Of a stretch of 64,000 bases of DNA, positions 53,047 through 64,000 are shown piece after piece (the first letter of the stretch is position 1; each line of letters opens with the position of its first letter). The position numbers and the translations under genes were made by a program. The DNA is taken from contig MU053365.1 of assembly GCA_013239625.1 (NCBI GenBank), forward strand, positions 1,522,115 through 1,586,114. The letters run 5' to 3'. The stretch comes from Lama guanicoe. Taxonomy: Eukaryota. The notes under the pieces were generated by a model. It made no database searches, was not told where the DNA came from, and saw only the letters and a program-made list of their open reading frames with translations.

Positions 53047-53202
53047 CTTAATTTAAAGATAATTGTTTTTCATTTAGAATAAATATACTTTGATCTCAGG
53101 AGAATAGGGTATTGGCTTCATAAAACTTGCTTCCATTTAAATTTGAAATGCAGGCATTCCTGAAATAATAAATATTCAGATATGAGTTGAAAACAGACTT
53201 AC

Positions 53203-53272
53203 TTAAAACTCGGCATGTAACAGAATATAATCACACATAAGGATGTTCCGTTTCTTTCCATGGGGATTTGCA
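53203..53272 (-). pseudogene. Candidate exon E6 (70 nt)
   Basis: ttattgtctgcag| ANPHGKKRNILMCDYILLHAEF* |gtaagt (phase 2->0). Frame is ambiguous. Confidence 0.55.
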
Positions 53273-53949
53273 CTGCAGACAATAACAATAGATTTTTTTA
53301 TATACAGAAGGCATAGTCCTGAGTAGGTATGAGGGGGTGGTTTATGAACAAAAAAAAATTAGCTAAAAATATAGCAAAGTAACATGGTCAGGGTTATATT
53401 TTAGAAACATATCTTTTGTGGCTGATTGTGAGGTAGAGAGATGGCATTCAGGAAACTGAATTAGCATGACAATGCCAAAGACCAGGTAAGAGATGACCTT
53501 TAGATGTGCAGATGTACCAGAGTGTAGTGTCCAGGACCAGGAAGGTGATCATTTTGTACTTTTTCCTGCTGGACAAATTACTTCTGCAGCTTACATCATA
53601 ATCTGGGTATGACAGTTCAAGAGCTACAGATTCAGGAAGTGTGCCTGTATCTGTAGCATGGGTAGCAATGAGTATATGCTTTCAGGGGCCAGACAAGTAA
53701 CACAGGAAAGCATTTTATGAGGATGCTGTAGTGAAGATTCATTCTAGATCCCTATAGAAGGAAAATATTTTTGTGATAAATTTCCGTTCTGAATCTCTAT
53801 GATTCTTTTGTAAATTTCTAGCTTAGCATGAAGAAGCAGTTTGAAAAGACTGTCAAAAATATCAGGAGAAACATAGGGTCCATTCACAGAGATTAGTACC
53901 TAAAGTAGGGTGAGCAAGGCAGAGTTGAGTCATTCGAAATAGCCTTAAA

Positions 53950-54200
53950 GTAGGAATTAGGAGGCCTGGGTGTGAGCCCTGAGCTGCTATTTACTTGGTT
54001 GTGTGACCTTGGGTAAGTCACTAAGATTTTCTGGGTCTCAAGTTCCTTTTTAGTAGAATGAGCAGTTTTGACAAGGTTAGATTTCTCACACTTTAGTATA
54101 CCTATGAATCACCTGGGGAGTTTGTTAAAAATGCAGATTCATTAACCCTCATTGCCAGAGAATCTAATACAGTGAATCTGTAACAAACTATCAAAGCTCT
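53950..54200. mobile_element. MIR plus MER5A-like hAT fragment
   Basis: gtgtgaccttgggtaagtcact; gaatcacctggggagtttgttaaaaatgcagattc. Confidence 0.7.
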
Positions 54201-54718
54201 ATGGATTTGGGGATTTCTTTGCATTTGGGTGGATGGATTTTAAAAATTAGTTCTGATTCTTCAATCGATAATTACATGTTTTCATTTGCAACAGAGCTAC
54301 ACCTTGTCTTTCAGACACAGTTTTGAATGATCTATTTCTAGCCTTTTATTTTTGCTCTTTTGTTCGCTTATTTTTATTTTTTTACTTCATCCTGGGAATG
54401 ATGGAATGGGAAGAATTTAAGAGTGAAAATCAAGGGAAAATGGTATTTTCTTATTGGCTGTGGCTTCATTACTTTTACCTTCCCCAACCCCCAGTGCAGA
54501 TAATTTTAGAAAATTAGACAGTGGAGAAAACTTCTTTATCTGAGTTATGCACTTGGTCTACTCTCCTTAAAGCCAATTGTAGAGATAGGTCTTATCACTC
54601 AAGTGGAAAGAAAGGCCAGTCCACAGCTCACTCACCAATACTAAGGGCAAAGTCATGACAGTATGAGTGACAGAGGAGTTTAGGGTCCTCCCAGACACTG
54701 TCTGCAGATCTGTCTTAC

Positions 54719-54872
54719 CTTAGTGGCAAGAGATTATCTGTTTTCAAGTATGAAGTATTGGTCAGTGAGAATTCATTTCAAGTTAAGGGATTATATTGCT
54801 TTGGTGTGGGTAATTATGTTAATTTCATCAGTCATATTAACACTGGTATTGGCACTTTCATTTCTTTCTTAT
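54719..54872 (-). pseudogene. Candidate exon E5 (154 nt, several stops)
   Basis: Strong donor AAG|gtaaga. Best frame is KKEMKVPIPVLI*LMKLT*LPTPKQYNPLT*NEFSLTNTSYLKTDNLLPL. Phase with E4 is unresolved. Confidence 0.45.
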
Positions 54873-55039
54873 CTTTATGATGTAATAAAGGCACATGAAA
54901 GCAAAATATTTATAGTTGTATCATTATTTAGATAATATATCTAGTATATAAAACATCCCCAGCTCTTGAAGCATCATTTTATTCAGTTAAAGCATTCTGT
55001 ATTTCTTCCACTTATCAGACACTCTTCAATAATCTGAAC

Positions 55040-55220
55040 CATACATACAAACCATATATGTAAATTTAAATTTGCTAGTAGCTAAATTAAATAAGTAAAA
55101 AGAAATAGGTGACATTAATTTTAAAAATGCATTTTATTTGCCACAGTATATTTGAAACATTTCAAGTGTTCTGTAGCTACGTGTGGCTAGTGGCTGCAGT
55201 GTTGGATGGCACAGTTCTAA
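55040..55220. mobile_element. MER3/MER33-like hAT MITE
   Basis: tagctacgtgtggctagtggctgcagtgttggatggcacag. Confidence 0.65.
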
Positions 55221-57193
55221 TCAATTACCTGTGAGCTTTCAATCATTTGTCATCAGCTCACTGTACTCCTATCCATCCCTAGTTTGATCACGATCCTAGA
55301 GGACTTCACTGCCTATAAATCCCTTGGTCCATCTCTTCATCCTGAATAATCTGTTGTTCTACCCATCCATCTCAGTCCTTCATCATTCCTGTGGTCTCCC
55401 ATTGATCTTGTCATCACCCCAAACTTCTAGAATGTGTGTGTGTGTGTATATATATCACTTGATGTTTTGATATATGTATACATTGTGAAATGGTCACCAC
55501 AATCAAGCTAATTTACATATCCATCACCTCACAATATTTACCTTTTTTTCTTTTTCTTTTTGTAGTGAGAACACTTAATATTGACTGTTTTAGCAAATTT
55601 CAAGTATAGCACGCAGTACTGTTAACTGTAGTCACCAAGCTATGTATTAGATTTCCAGAACTCATTCTTGTTGCATATCTGAAACTTTGTATCCTTTAAT
55701 CAGTATGTCCCCATTCCCCCATTTTCTCAATCACCTTTTAAATTGTTTGTATTAAACTTTGTTCAGCTCCTTAAATGTACCAGACTCACTGGCCTCATAG
55801 CCTTTGCAGATTCATTTTTCTCTACCAAGAACATTCCCTTCCCTATTCTTCACCTGGTTATGGTTAAATATCGCTATGAGACACTTCCCTGCCTGATCCC
55901 CAACATCTGTCCAGACTAAGCCAGTTTCTGCTGTCCTCTGCCAGACATATAAAGGAGACTTTATATGTCTCCTTATCACAAGGTATTTATTATTGCAGCT
56001 TTTCAAATTGATGCATTCTCTGCTAGACTGTTGGCTCTATGTAGGCAAAGACTGTGTCTATAATACTATCCATGCAATTTTCCTTCATGGCAGTTTCCAC
56101 TATTACTATACATTTATCTGAGGTTGTTCCTTTAGGACTTGGTTCTTCCAGTAGATTCTAAGTTCCCTACAGGCAGAAAGCATGTTGTTTTGTTCACTGC
56201 TGCATTCCTGAGGTGTAGAATATCACCTAGTACATAACAGATGCTCCTTGCATGTCTTTTAAGGGATGGATGAATGGATGGATGGACAGACTATATAGAA
56301 ACCAAATTGCATTGATTAGTTTGCAGCTGTACCACCATGTGATAGATTAAAATACTTGTTTGTTAGTTACTATGGGGAAGTTGGAATAAGGGTCTGAATG
56401 TATACTGGTTGAAAGTTCAGCTTCTGTGGAATTAAACATATGAAGACTGAAGTCTAAGTGTACCATTCACTTTTTGACTGTTCATTATGCACCTAACACT
56501 AGTAGGCTCTTTTCATCCATTATTTCAATTCTCACCACAGCCTAAAAAATAATGATCATTTACTGCTTTTAGTAGCTGAATATACTTAGTCTTAGAGAAT
56601 TATAGATGTCCATTTTTTTCTCATTTTACAGCTGGGAGAGGTTAAGTACCTTAAAAACTTTCTGCAGTTAGTAAGGGCTAGAGCTAGGACTAGAAATTGC
56701 GTTGATCTTCCTCCAAAGCCTAGACGTTCACAGTGCAGACCTTATCTACCCTCAGTGAGGTCTGCAGTGACCCTTACTGTTATGACTTCTTTGCACATTA
56801 ACCTCTCTGGACCAGAGAGGAGAAAAGGTACTTTGTGGTCTAAATGTCTCTCAGTACATCTCTCTGGCCTGGAGCGCTATCTCAGTAAGCTTCCCTCCTG
56901 TGGAACATGTAGCCACATGTTCCTGACGTTGACCCAATAAATACTTCTTGATTCTCACATTGTTGCTAGTTACTGTCTTAGAACTGGAGAATATGGTTTA
57001 GTAGATTAAGTGGACAGTGGAAATTTTCTTGCCTTCTCAAATACCCAGTTTTCTTGTATGTTAAATGGGTAAAAAAATACTAGTAATTATTCCAGGGATC
57101 TTGCTGAGTATTAAACTGAATAATGTATTTAATGTCTACAGTAGAGTGTCTGACACTTAATAAATATTAGATATTAATATTTTCATGACTTAC

Positions 57194-57431
57194 TGAACCT
57201 GGTTGACTTGGCTGCTTGCACTGATGAGAAGACAGAGTCAGAGCTGCTGTACAGTATTTTTTAAGAATTGAAATATAGTAAGTCCCTGGCTTTGCAGAAG
57301 ATGATCAAATTTATAATCCTCATACTTTTCTACACAATTCAAAATCAATGACAGTAATTTTTTATAGCAGTGGTCTATTTTGTATTTCGTTCCCCGTCTG
57401 GGTACATAAACATGGATGCTGCACATAGTAT
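57194..57431 (-). pseudogene. Candidate exon E4 (238 nt, phase 1->2, one TGA at 57238-57240)
   Basis: tctctcttccttcatttaaccctcag| TMCSIHVYVPRRGTKYKIDHCYKKLLSLILNCVEKYEDYKFDHLLQSQGLTIFQFLKNTVQQL*LCLLISASSQVNQV |gtaagt. FYRC-like, with strong splice sites. Confidence 0.75.
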
Positions 57432-59843
57432 CTGAGGGTTAAATGAAGGAAGAGAGAACTTGAAATGGAGACTATGTATTATTTTGTGACCATGAAGGAC
57501 AGCAATTTCTCTATTTTGAGGTCCAGCCCCTGTTCCAGCTATTTGTAGATTACAAAGGAAAGCTCAATGTGGAACTTCTAGCAATTAGAGCTGCATCCAA
57601 TTTCTGTTCCAATCCTCATTTGATCTCACCTGTAATTACGCTAAGGTCTGTAGTACTTAAATGTAAAACTCACTTCAACTCATAGAAGTATCATTAGAAA
57701 TGAATTACTGTTCTAATCACTGGTATACTGTATTATGGGCTTTACTGTACTGTTAGAAACGGAAAAGACTTGGTTCAAGTCATATATTTAGTCACCAATG
57801 ATTTGTTATTTTAAATAAAATTAAAAGAGAAGAAAAATGACAGATTTTGAACTTGTTATAAAACTGGTTGAGAAAAAAATCTAAATAAAAATTTTAAAAG
57901 AAAGATGAAAGATATACTTCGTTTAAAAAATCAATAAAGTATATTCCCAAATTTTGGAAAGATGACTAACATGTAAGGAAACACATTTATTTATCTCTCA
58001 TCAGTCATGATGAGCTTCTCTCTTCCCTAAGCTGCCATTTTATCTTTATATACTTGCTATAATAGCACTTATCGTCATCAGCTCTATATTAGAATTATTT
58101 AGGTTTGTGCCTGGCATGTCCTTGAATAGAGAATGTCATAAAAGCATTATCTCTTATATATCACTCCCAGATACTGCAGCTGCACATTCACACAAGAGCA
58201 TAGACAACAAGGCAGTTAAAAATGAATAAGGAAAGAAGAAAATATATATGCTTTGAAAGTGGTTGGTACATTACTAAATTATAGCATTAACAAAGTAAGG
58301 ACATAAATACCATCATGAGCAAGTACCAGTGGTATAAAGTGAGGCCAAGTTCTGTGACTCATCTCCTCAGTTTTGTGTTTATAGGCTTAACATTAAGCCT
58401 TTCCCCCAAAGCCTGACATCTACCAAGGAGGTAAAACTCATTTATGAGTTGTTGTAAGCATATAAAATGTAGACTACCAAAAGTTTTAGGATGAATTCTA
58501 CTTTGGTCAGTATGATGGACCAGATATTCTTAAGAGTTCTTCCAACAAAATAAAAATAGATTATGGATAAATTATAAAAAGCTAACTTTTAGAGCACCAC
58601 CACTGTGTTTCATGAAAGCCTCTAAGGGTTCAGAAAGGAGATTAATGAAAAAAAATCAGTGAAGTGAAACTTCCAAAGGTAAATGATAAGGAAACATAAA
58701 AGTCAGAGTTGCTCTGTGAGCAAAAGTCAGTTGTACTTCCGGAACTGAGACTGTCCCCCTTCCCCTGGACCCTGCAAGATGCAAGTGTCACAGTTTCTTA
58801 AGCACTACTTGTCTTCTGGTAAAAGGAGACACCCATTCTCTTTGGAGGAAAGCAGCTCCAACTTAGACTTTCAGTATTCTGAAGAGTTAAGTTCAGTCAC
58901 AGTAAAGTGTCACCAGAAACATAAGGATGTAAGTGATCATGAGTGAGAATTTTTAAAAAATACAACAAAAAAACCCCTCAGTAGATTTAAACTTCATATA
59001 TATTTAAGAACTTCATATATATAATGCAAAGTCACTGTTTAGGGAATGTTTAAAGAAATACAGGATGAATACAATAAAATTAGCAACCAATGAGAGAGTA
59101 TACAAAATGACCAGCAAATTTGAAAAAGAACCAAAGAGAATTCTTAGCAATAAAAAAATCTTTGGAAAAACGTTTGGAGACTTGGCTTCTCACAGTTCAG
59201 TCTACTTGTATATGGTGATGCTATGTGAAGCTGAGGAGGCAGTTAATAGATGCAGTATTTTGAGGGATTTCTGTATAATGGACAGCTGGAGGGCACCAGC
59301 TAGAGCTGCAGTTCACCCACACCTTGCTGAGGAAGGGGATGGATATTCTACACGTATCTCATTTCTGTATAACTCATTATTTGATCTTTTATGACTCACT
59401 TAATCTCTCTGTCCCTGTTTCTTTTTTAAAGATTAGGGATAAATCAAGAGAACATATATGACAATAAGTAAAATACATTAAAGTGCAATGCATTTTTATA
59501 TACAGAGTAATTTTTTTTGAAATTGGCAACATATGGAATGGTGTAATTTTGTGATCAGCAAATAAAATACATTCAGGATCATAATTTTACAATTTATTTA
59601 TAAGAATTTGGCTTTATAATTTAACCTTGTGAAATTACTTTATGGATTTTTCTTATGAATTTGCAAACTGCTACCTGGACTCATTTTTTTTTTGACATAA
59701 CAGCCATAGCATAACCAAAGATTTCCTTAACTGCTGAAGTATGAAGGAAAATACTTTCTGTGAGTCTCCTCTAAATTCCAACATTTCCAGTTGTTTCCTT
59801 TTTTCTAGAGGAGTAAATACTGATGGCTGGCAGTAAAACTTAC

Positions 59844-59910
59844 TTATTAAATTACGGTGATTAGTTTCTGTGCTATCAGATTTAACAATGCCCAGTGAGA
59901 GAACATGAAC
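59844..59910 (-). pseudogene. Candidate exon E3 (67 nt, phase 0->1, open)
   Basis: aaattag| VHVLSLGIVKSDSTETNHRNLI |gtaagt. Matches the FYRN-like V.SLG.I motif. Confidence 0.65.
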
Positions 59911-60729
59911 CTAATTTACCGGAAGACTGAGAGATTTATGGACCATAGAGGCAAATTGGAATTAATATGATTCATATTTTTAAATCAAAATTTGATCATA
60001 GTTCTCAACAGTCTATTGTATTCTGTAACCCTATATTCCTAAACAAAGTAAGAATTGGAGCCAGTGGATTTTAATCATGTGCTAAGTCAGTTAAGGATAT
60101 TAAGCATAGGATAATTTTATTAAGACTGTAAGAGCCTGACCTTCTGCCACTCTCCTCACATTTAGTAAAATTCTACATCTTGTGTTTTATCTTCTATGAT
60201 GTCTTTTATGCCTATTTCTTCCTTTCTGTGTCTACCTTTGTACAGATCCCTATCTCCTCACATCATGTGTCTCACAGTGGTCTTTTGAATCACCTCCTTG
60301 CCTCTAAGACCAAAAGTACAGTTTCTGACCCTTTCCTTGCTTATTCCTGTTGGAGATCATTGGTCACCATGTTTGGTACCTCTAACTTCTGCCTTGTTTA
60401 GCCTACATGGTGCAATTCTACCAGACTGTCAGACTGTCATGAAAAAAATCTAGACACAGCATGGCATCGCCAGATGCCAAAGGTGAAATTTATGTTGCTA
60501 CCTTTTCTTCTAGAGGAAGAATAAGTGTGAATACCAAAGAGAGCTCAGTGAAAATTTTCTATTTTATTTTCTATTCTCATTTTATTGAGGTTGATACACA
60601 TGTGAAAAGCTGTATATATTTAATGTATACAATTTGATGAGTTTGGGGATAAGTATGTACCTGTGAAACCATCACCACCATCAAGGATATAGACATATCC
60701 ATTATCTCCCAAAATTACCTCTTGCCACC

Positions 60730-60787
<58 letters not shown>
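60730..60787 (+). repeat. (TTA)n microsatellite within an L1 3' fragment
   Basis: About 19 units. Confidence 0.95.
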
Positions 60788-60788
<1 letters not shown>

Positions 60789-62059
60789 GTGTATATATGT
60801 CTGTGTTAAAAATACTTAATGTAAGCTCTACTCTACCGAAACAATACAGTGTTGTTAGCTATAGGCACTATGCTGTTTAGCAGATCTCCAGAACTTACTT
60901 AGTATTGAAAAACCTGCCCTCAAAGCAAAACAATGACTGGAAGGGAACCTTGTAACAGAAAATACTGTGTCATCAAATTCTGTTTCCTTCTCCTTATGGG
61001 CTCACAGCTAGACTACACTTCCCATCCTCCCCATAATCAGTTGGAGGCATCTGACTGAATCCTGGAAAGTGAAAGGTAGGCTGAAGTGATGGACCTCACA
61101 TTCAGGGCTGGCTCCAAAGCACTTCCACATGATCTGCTGCACACGCTTTCATTTTAAACTGGATAAATTGAATTTCTCTTAGGCCTTAAGGGACAGTGGA
61201 GTCACTCATTGGAAGAAACCTTTATTCTTTGTTTGACTGTGTGGAACATACCATAGTAGTTATTTTGGAATTGTTTATTTCATCAGTCAATCTAGACTGA
61301 CTTCTTCAAGGCTGAACTAATAACACCAGTCAGAGTGTGAAGAATTGTGTAAACGTGAAAAAAGAATCTATAATACTGTTGAGGGGCCAGGAAGACATTC
61401 AGCTGTTAAAAGGGCTCAATCACTTCTTTCTAATTACTTGATTATGGTATTGTCAGATTTTAAAATAGCCTTTACTAATACAGTCATTAGAATACTTTTT
61501 TTCTAATCTTTATCTTAGGATATATTGAACTTGTTCTATTCCCTCTGGCTAATATCCAGGTCACGAAAAAATATGAAATTTTACTTGTAAACAACTGAGG
61601 GTAAATTTATATTGAGATAAGACTCACTTACGAACCTTTCTAGGCCAATTTAAATAACAAAATAAAAAGAAAGTTAAATTAGAAAAAGTTCAATGAAAAA
61701 CAAACAAAAAACTAAAACTCAGCTTATGATCCCATAGTGAGACCTGAGTTCATTTTCCCCCAAGGAAGAACCATACATAACTAGATGAGAATAGATTTTT
61801 TAAAATATTTTCCCTGTTATATAAGCATGGCAACTCCTTCACCAGGGTGAAAGGGAAGTATCCAGGGTCAAATTCGAGATCTCTTATAAAGTGGAAAACT
61901 TTTTATTTTTCTTTAGGAGAAAAGGTAAACCTGAAAAGTTGGGTTCAGTGTCAGCATGCCCTTCTCTTCGGAAGAAAAGGTATACGTGTGTGTCTGTGTG
62001 CCCATGCATACATGTGAAAGGGCATGTGTGTGCACACGTGTGTATTGTCTAAATCCTAC

Positions 62060-62181
62060 CAAACGGGAAGGAAAAAAACTATTCGGAATAGTTTGAACCT
62101 GACAGTTGCAAGACTTCAACTTGCAATCCTGAATGGATGGGTTATAATATAAACTATCAATATAGCAAGCGTCCTTTTTGC
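62060..62181 (-). pseudogene. Candidate exon E2 (122 nt, phase 1->0, open)
   Basis: ttttttattttgcag| KKDACYIDSLYYNPSIQDCKLKSCNCQVQTIPNSFFPSRL |gtagga. Lies within ORF-track 61913..62203. Confidence 0.65.
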
Positions 62182-63089
62182 CTGCAAAATAAAAAACTGC
62201 CACAGAGCTCTTCCTTATCTCTCTCTCTAAGTATTCTCTTCTGTGCAGTGCAGGCTGCTGCTGATTTTCTGCTCATGTAAGTAGTAAATGCTAAGGCGTC
62301 ACCTTGGAGTTGGCAGCGTGATCAGTCACAGCCTCACTTTGTAGAGGGTCTTCCCCAACTTGGTGACAGGACCCATATCTTTCCATGTGTATTGTTTTGA
62401 AAACCTTTGAGACTGACCTCTAGAATACCATAAACATGCTAATGGAGGTTCTTAAGGGTTTCCTCTGATTTCTTTCACTTCTCCTTCCCTGAAGAAAACC
62501 CACAAAGTTCATAAAGCAACAGCAGCCTTAATACAGAGTTTTGAAGGGGGAAATAAACAGCATAGTTTCTTTTATCTCTCTCAAAGAACTTTTCATTACG
62601 CTGTGTACCCTTCCTAACGTTCTAGCCTTACCTCTGCCACTAAGCTCATGGTGGTCTGCTACACTAAATACTTTTGGATTACTGGATTACAAAAGAAACA
62701 TTTTCACATGTGGTATAGGCTCAGCCTAAAAGAGATCCTCCCTGCCACACCTCCACCAAACTCTCCTTTTTTCTAGCTGCTGAACACCTGGTCTTCCTTC
62801 AAGTCTCTCCACTACCAGCTCGCTCTCTAGCCACGCAATACAGTTGAGTTGTCCCCCTGTTAGTATTCCCACAGTATGGAGTACATACCTTCGCTGTTGT
62901 GGTCATCTCACTTTACATTCTTAGTTAATATGTTAGTCTCCTACGTAGGACCTTGAGGTCCTCCAGGGCAGAGAACGCTTCCTGTCCACTTACATAGCAC
63001 CTAGTCCAGTGCCTGGTATATGCATAATAGCCATCAACGAAAAGGTATCAAATAAATATGGAACTATCCCATTTCTGCATTTAATCAGC

Positions 63090-63320
63090 ATAGCATATTA
63101 CTTTAGAGGAGGGGCCTGGAGATGGACTATCCTAGATTCAAGTCCTAGCCTTTCCATCTGTCAGCCCTGTGACCTTGGGCAAATTACTTCCCTACTCTGT
63201 TTAGTTATCTGTAAAACAGAGATGCCAATAGTACCTGCCTGATGATATTCTTGAGTGCATCCAATGAGAAAATAGATGTAAGGTGCACCATAAAGTACCT
63301 GAAACATACTAAATATTTAA
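63090..63320 (+). mobile_element. MIR
   Basis: ctgtgaccttgggcaaattactt...ttatctgtaaaacagagat. Confidence 0.75.
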
Positions 63321-63854
63321 CCAGTGTCTCTTTTCTTTCTTTTATATCCCCTTCTCCATCTCTCTCTTAACAAACCTAAACTGCTTAGGTAGATGATATT
63401 GACAGGGATGGACTATGGAGAGACATTTTCCCCACCAGGCCCAAGTCCCAATCTGAAATAGGAGAGAAATTTATATTGAGTGAATATTCACCACTACATA
63501 TTTCCTTCACGATAGATGAAACTATGTAGTGTTGTATTTATGTTCAACTATAAATAAAACTGAAGTTCATTAAATTTCCCCTTTTTCTGCAATTACAGAG
63601 GAAACGGGGTGTGAGTTAAATTTAAAGACCCCCAATAAAACTTTTAACCGCATTTCTTGGTCAAGTTAAAGATAAATTGATGCATATTATGTGTGGGCCT
63701 ATTCCATTTTTAAGAATTCTTTTGCAGTATTTTCCTTTAGAAATGCATGTACCCATAGACAATTGCAGGGTAACACGAGGCCACTATGAATCAAAAAGCC
63801 AAGCAGAATCCTGTTGTTACTTTAAAAAATTATTTGAAGAATATCTTGTCTTAC

Positions 63855-63986
63855 TGATAAAACTATAATTACACTTTATACTCTTCATATTACTCAACAA
63901 ATTGTTCTTTTTGTACAAACTCTTTGTCCTTGAAAATAGGATACTACGGCAAAGCAAACTCTAGCTTTCCAAGGCAGATAACTTTC
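63855..63986 (-). pseudogene. Candidate exon E1 (132 nt)
   Basis: ttatctcag| ... ATCA|gtaaga. One frame gives KVICLGKLEFALP*YPIFKDKEFV (FYRN-like start). Another gives ...LLSNMKSIKCNYSFI with one stop and ends phase 1. Acceptor context is truncated by the window end. Confidence 0.55.
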
Positions 63987-64000
63987 CTGAGATAAGTTTT

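Larger units (their letters stand above)
8104..63986 (-). pseudogene. Decayed multi-exon gene (~25 candidate exons) encoding tandem FYRN/FYRC-like modules plus C-terminal DCX-like motifs; 5' end outside the window
   Basis: Series of minus-strand AG...GT-bounded segments in non-repeat DNA, mostly phase-compatible. Translations carry recurrent FYR-like motifs, in-frame stops and frameshifts. Individual exons are listed below. Confidence 0.75.

Noticed and set aside
16695..57431. Selenoprotein or read-through explanation for recurrent in-frame TGA codons
   Set aside because: TAA/TAG stops and frameshifts occur in other exons, and no SECIS was identified; decay is the simpler explanation.
62076..62094. 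Perfect 9-bp inverted repeat aaactattc-g-gaatagttt
   Set aside because: Short and AT-rich, plausible by chance in 64 kb, and inside candidate exon E2.
1..64000. Prokaryotic systems (CRISPR arrays, operons, defence loci) or a named intact host gene
   Set aside because: The sequence is mammalian with no repeat-spacer array. The exon peptides did not match, as far as I recall them, TBRG1, DCDC1, RGS22/RGSL1, ZCWPW2 or FAM227B as orthologues, so no gene symbol is given.

Overview
AT-rich, repeat-dense eutherian genomic DNA, most likely camelid. The evidence for this is two tRNA-Ala-derived SINEs of the Vic-1 type and camelid-type L1 3' ends. I find no intact protein-coding gene, rRNA, real tRNA or CRISPR array; the ORF-track hits are L1 fragments, chance ORFs or pieces of the pseudogene below. 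Much of the window is transposon debris: nested old L1M copies, L2, MIR, MaLR/ERVL/ERV1 solo LTRs, a Tigger MITE and a ~7.0 kb full-length but dead L1 at 42616-49639. The main result lies in the unique DNA between the repeats. It holds about 25 minus-strand segments with splice signals (~8.1-64 kb, running off the right edge) that mostly join in compatible phase. They translate, with scattered stops and frameshifts, into a protein with several tandem FYRN/FYRC-like modules followed by doublecortin (DCX)-like motifs. I interpret this as a decayed, intron-containing (unitary) pseudogene with a domain architecture I do not recognise among mammalian genes. The exon model and domain calls were made by eye against family sequences recalled from memory, so they need HMM and synteny confirmation. 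Repeat family names and boundaries are approximate.
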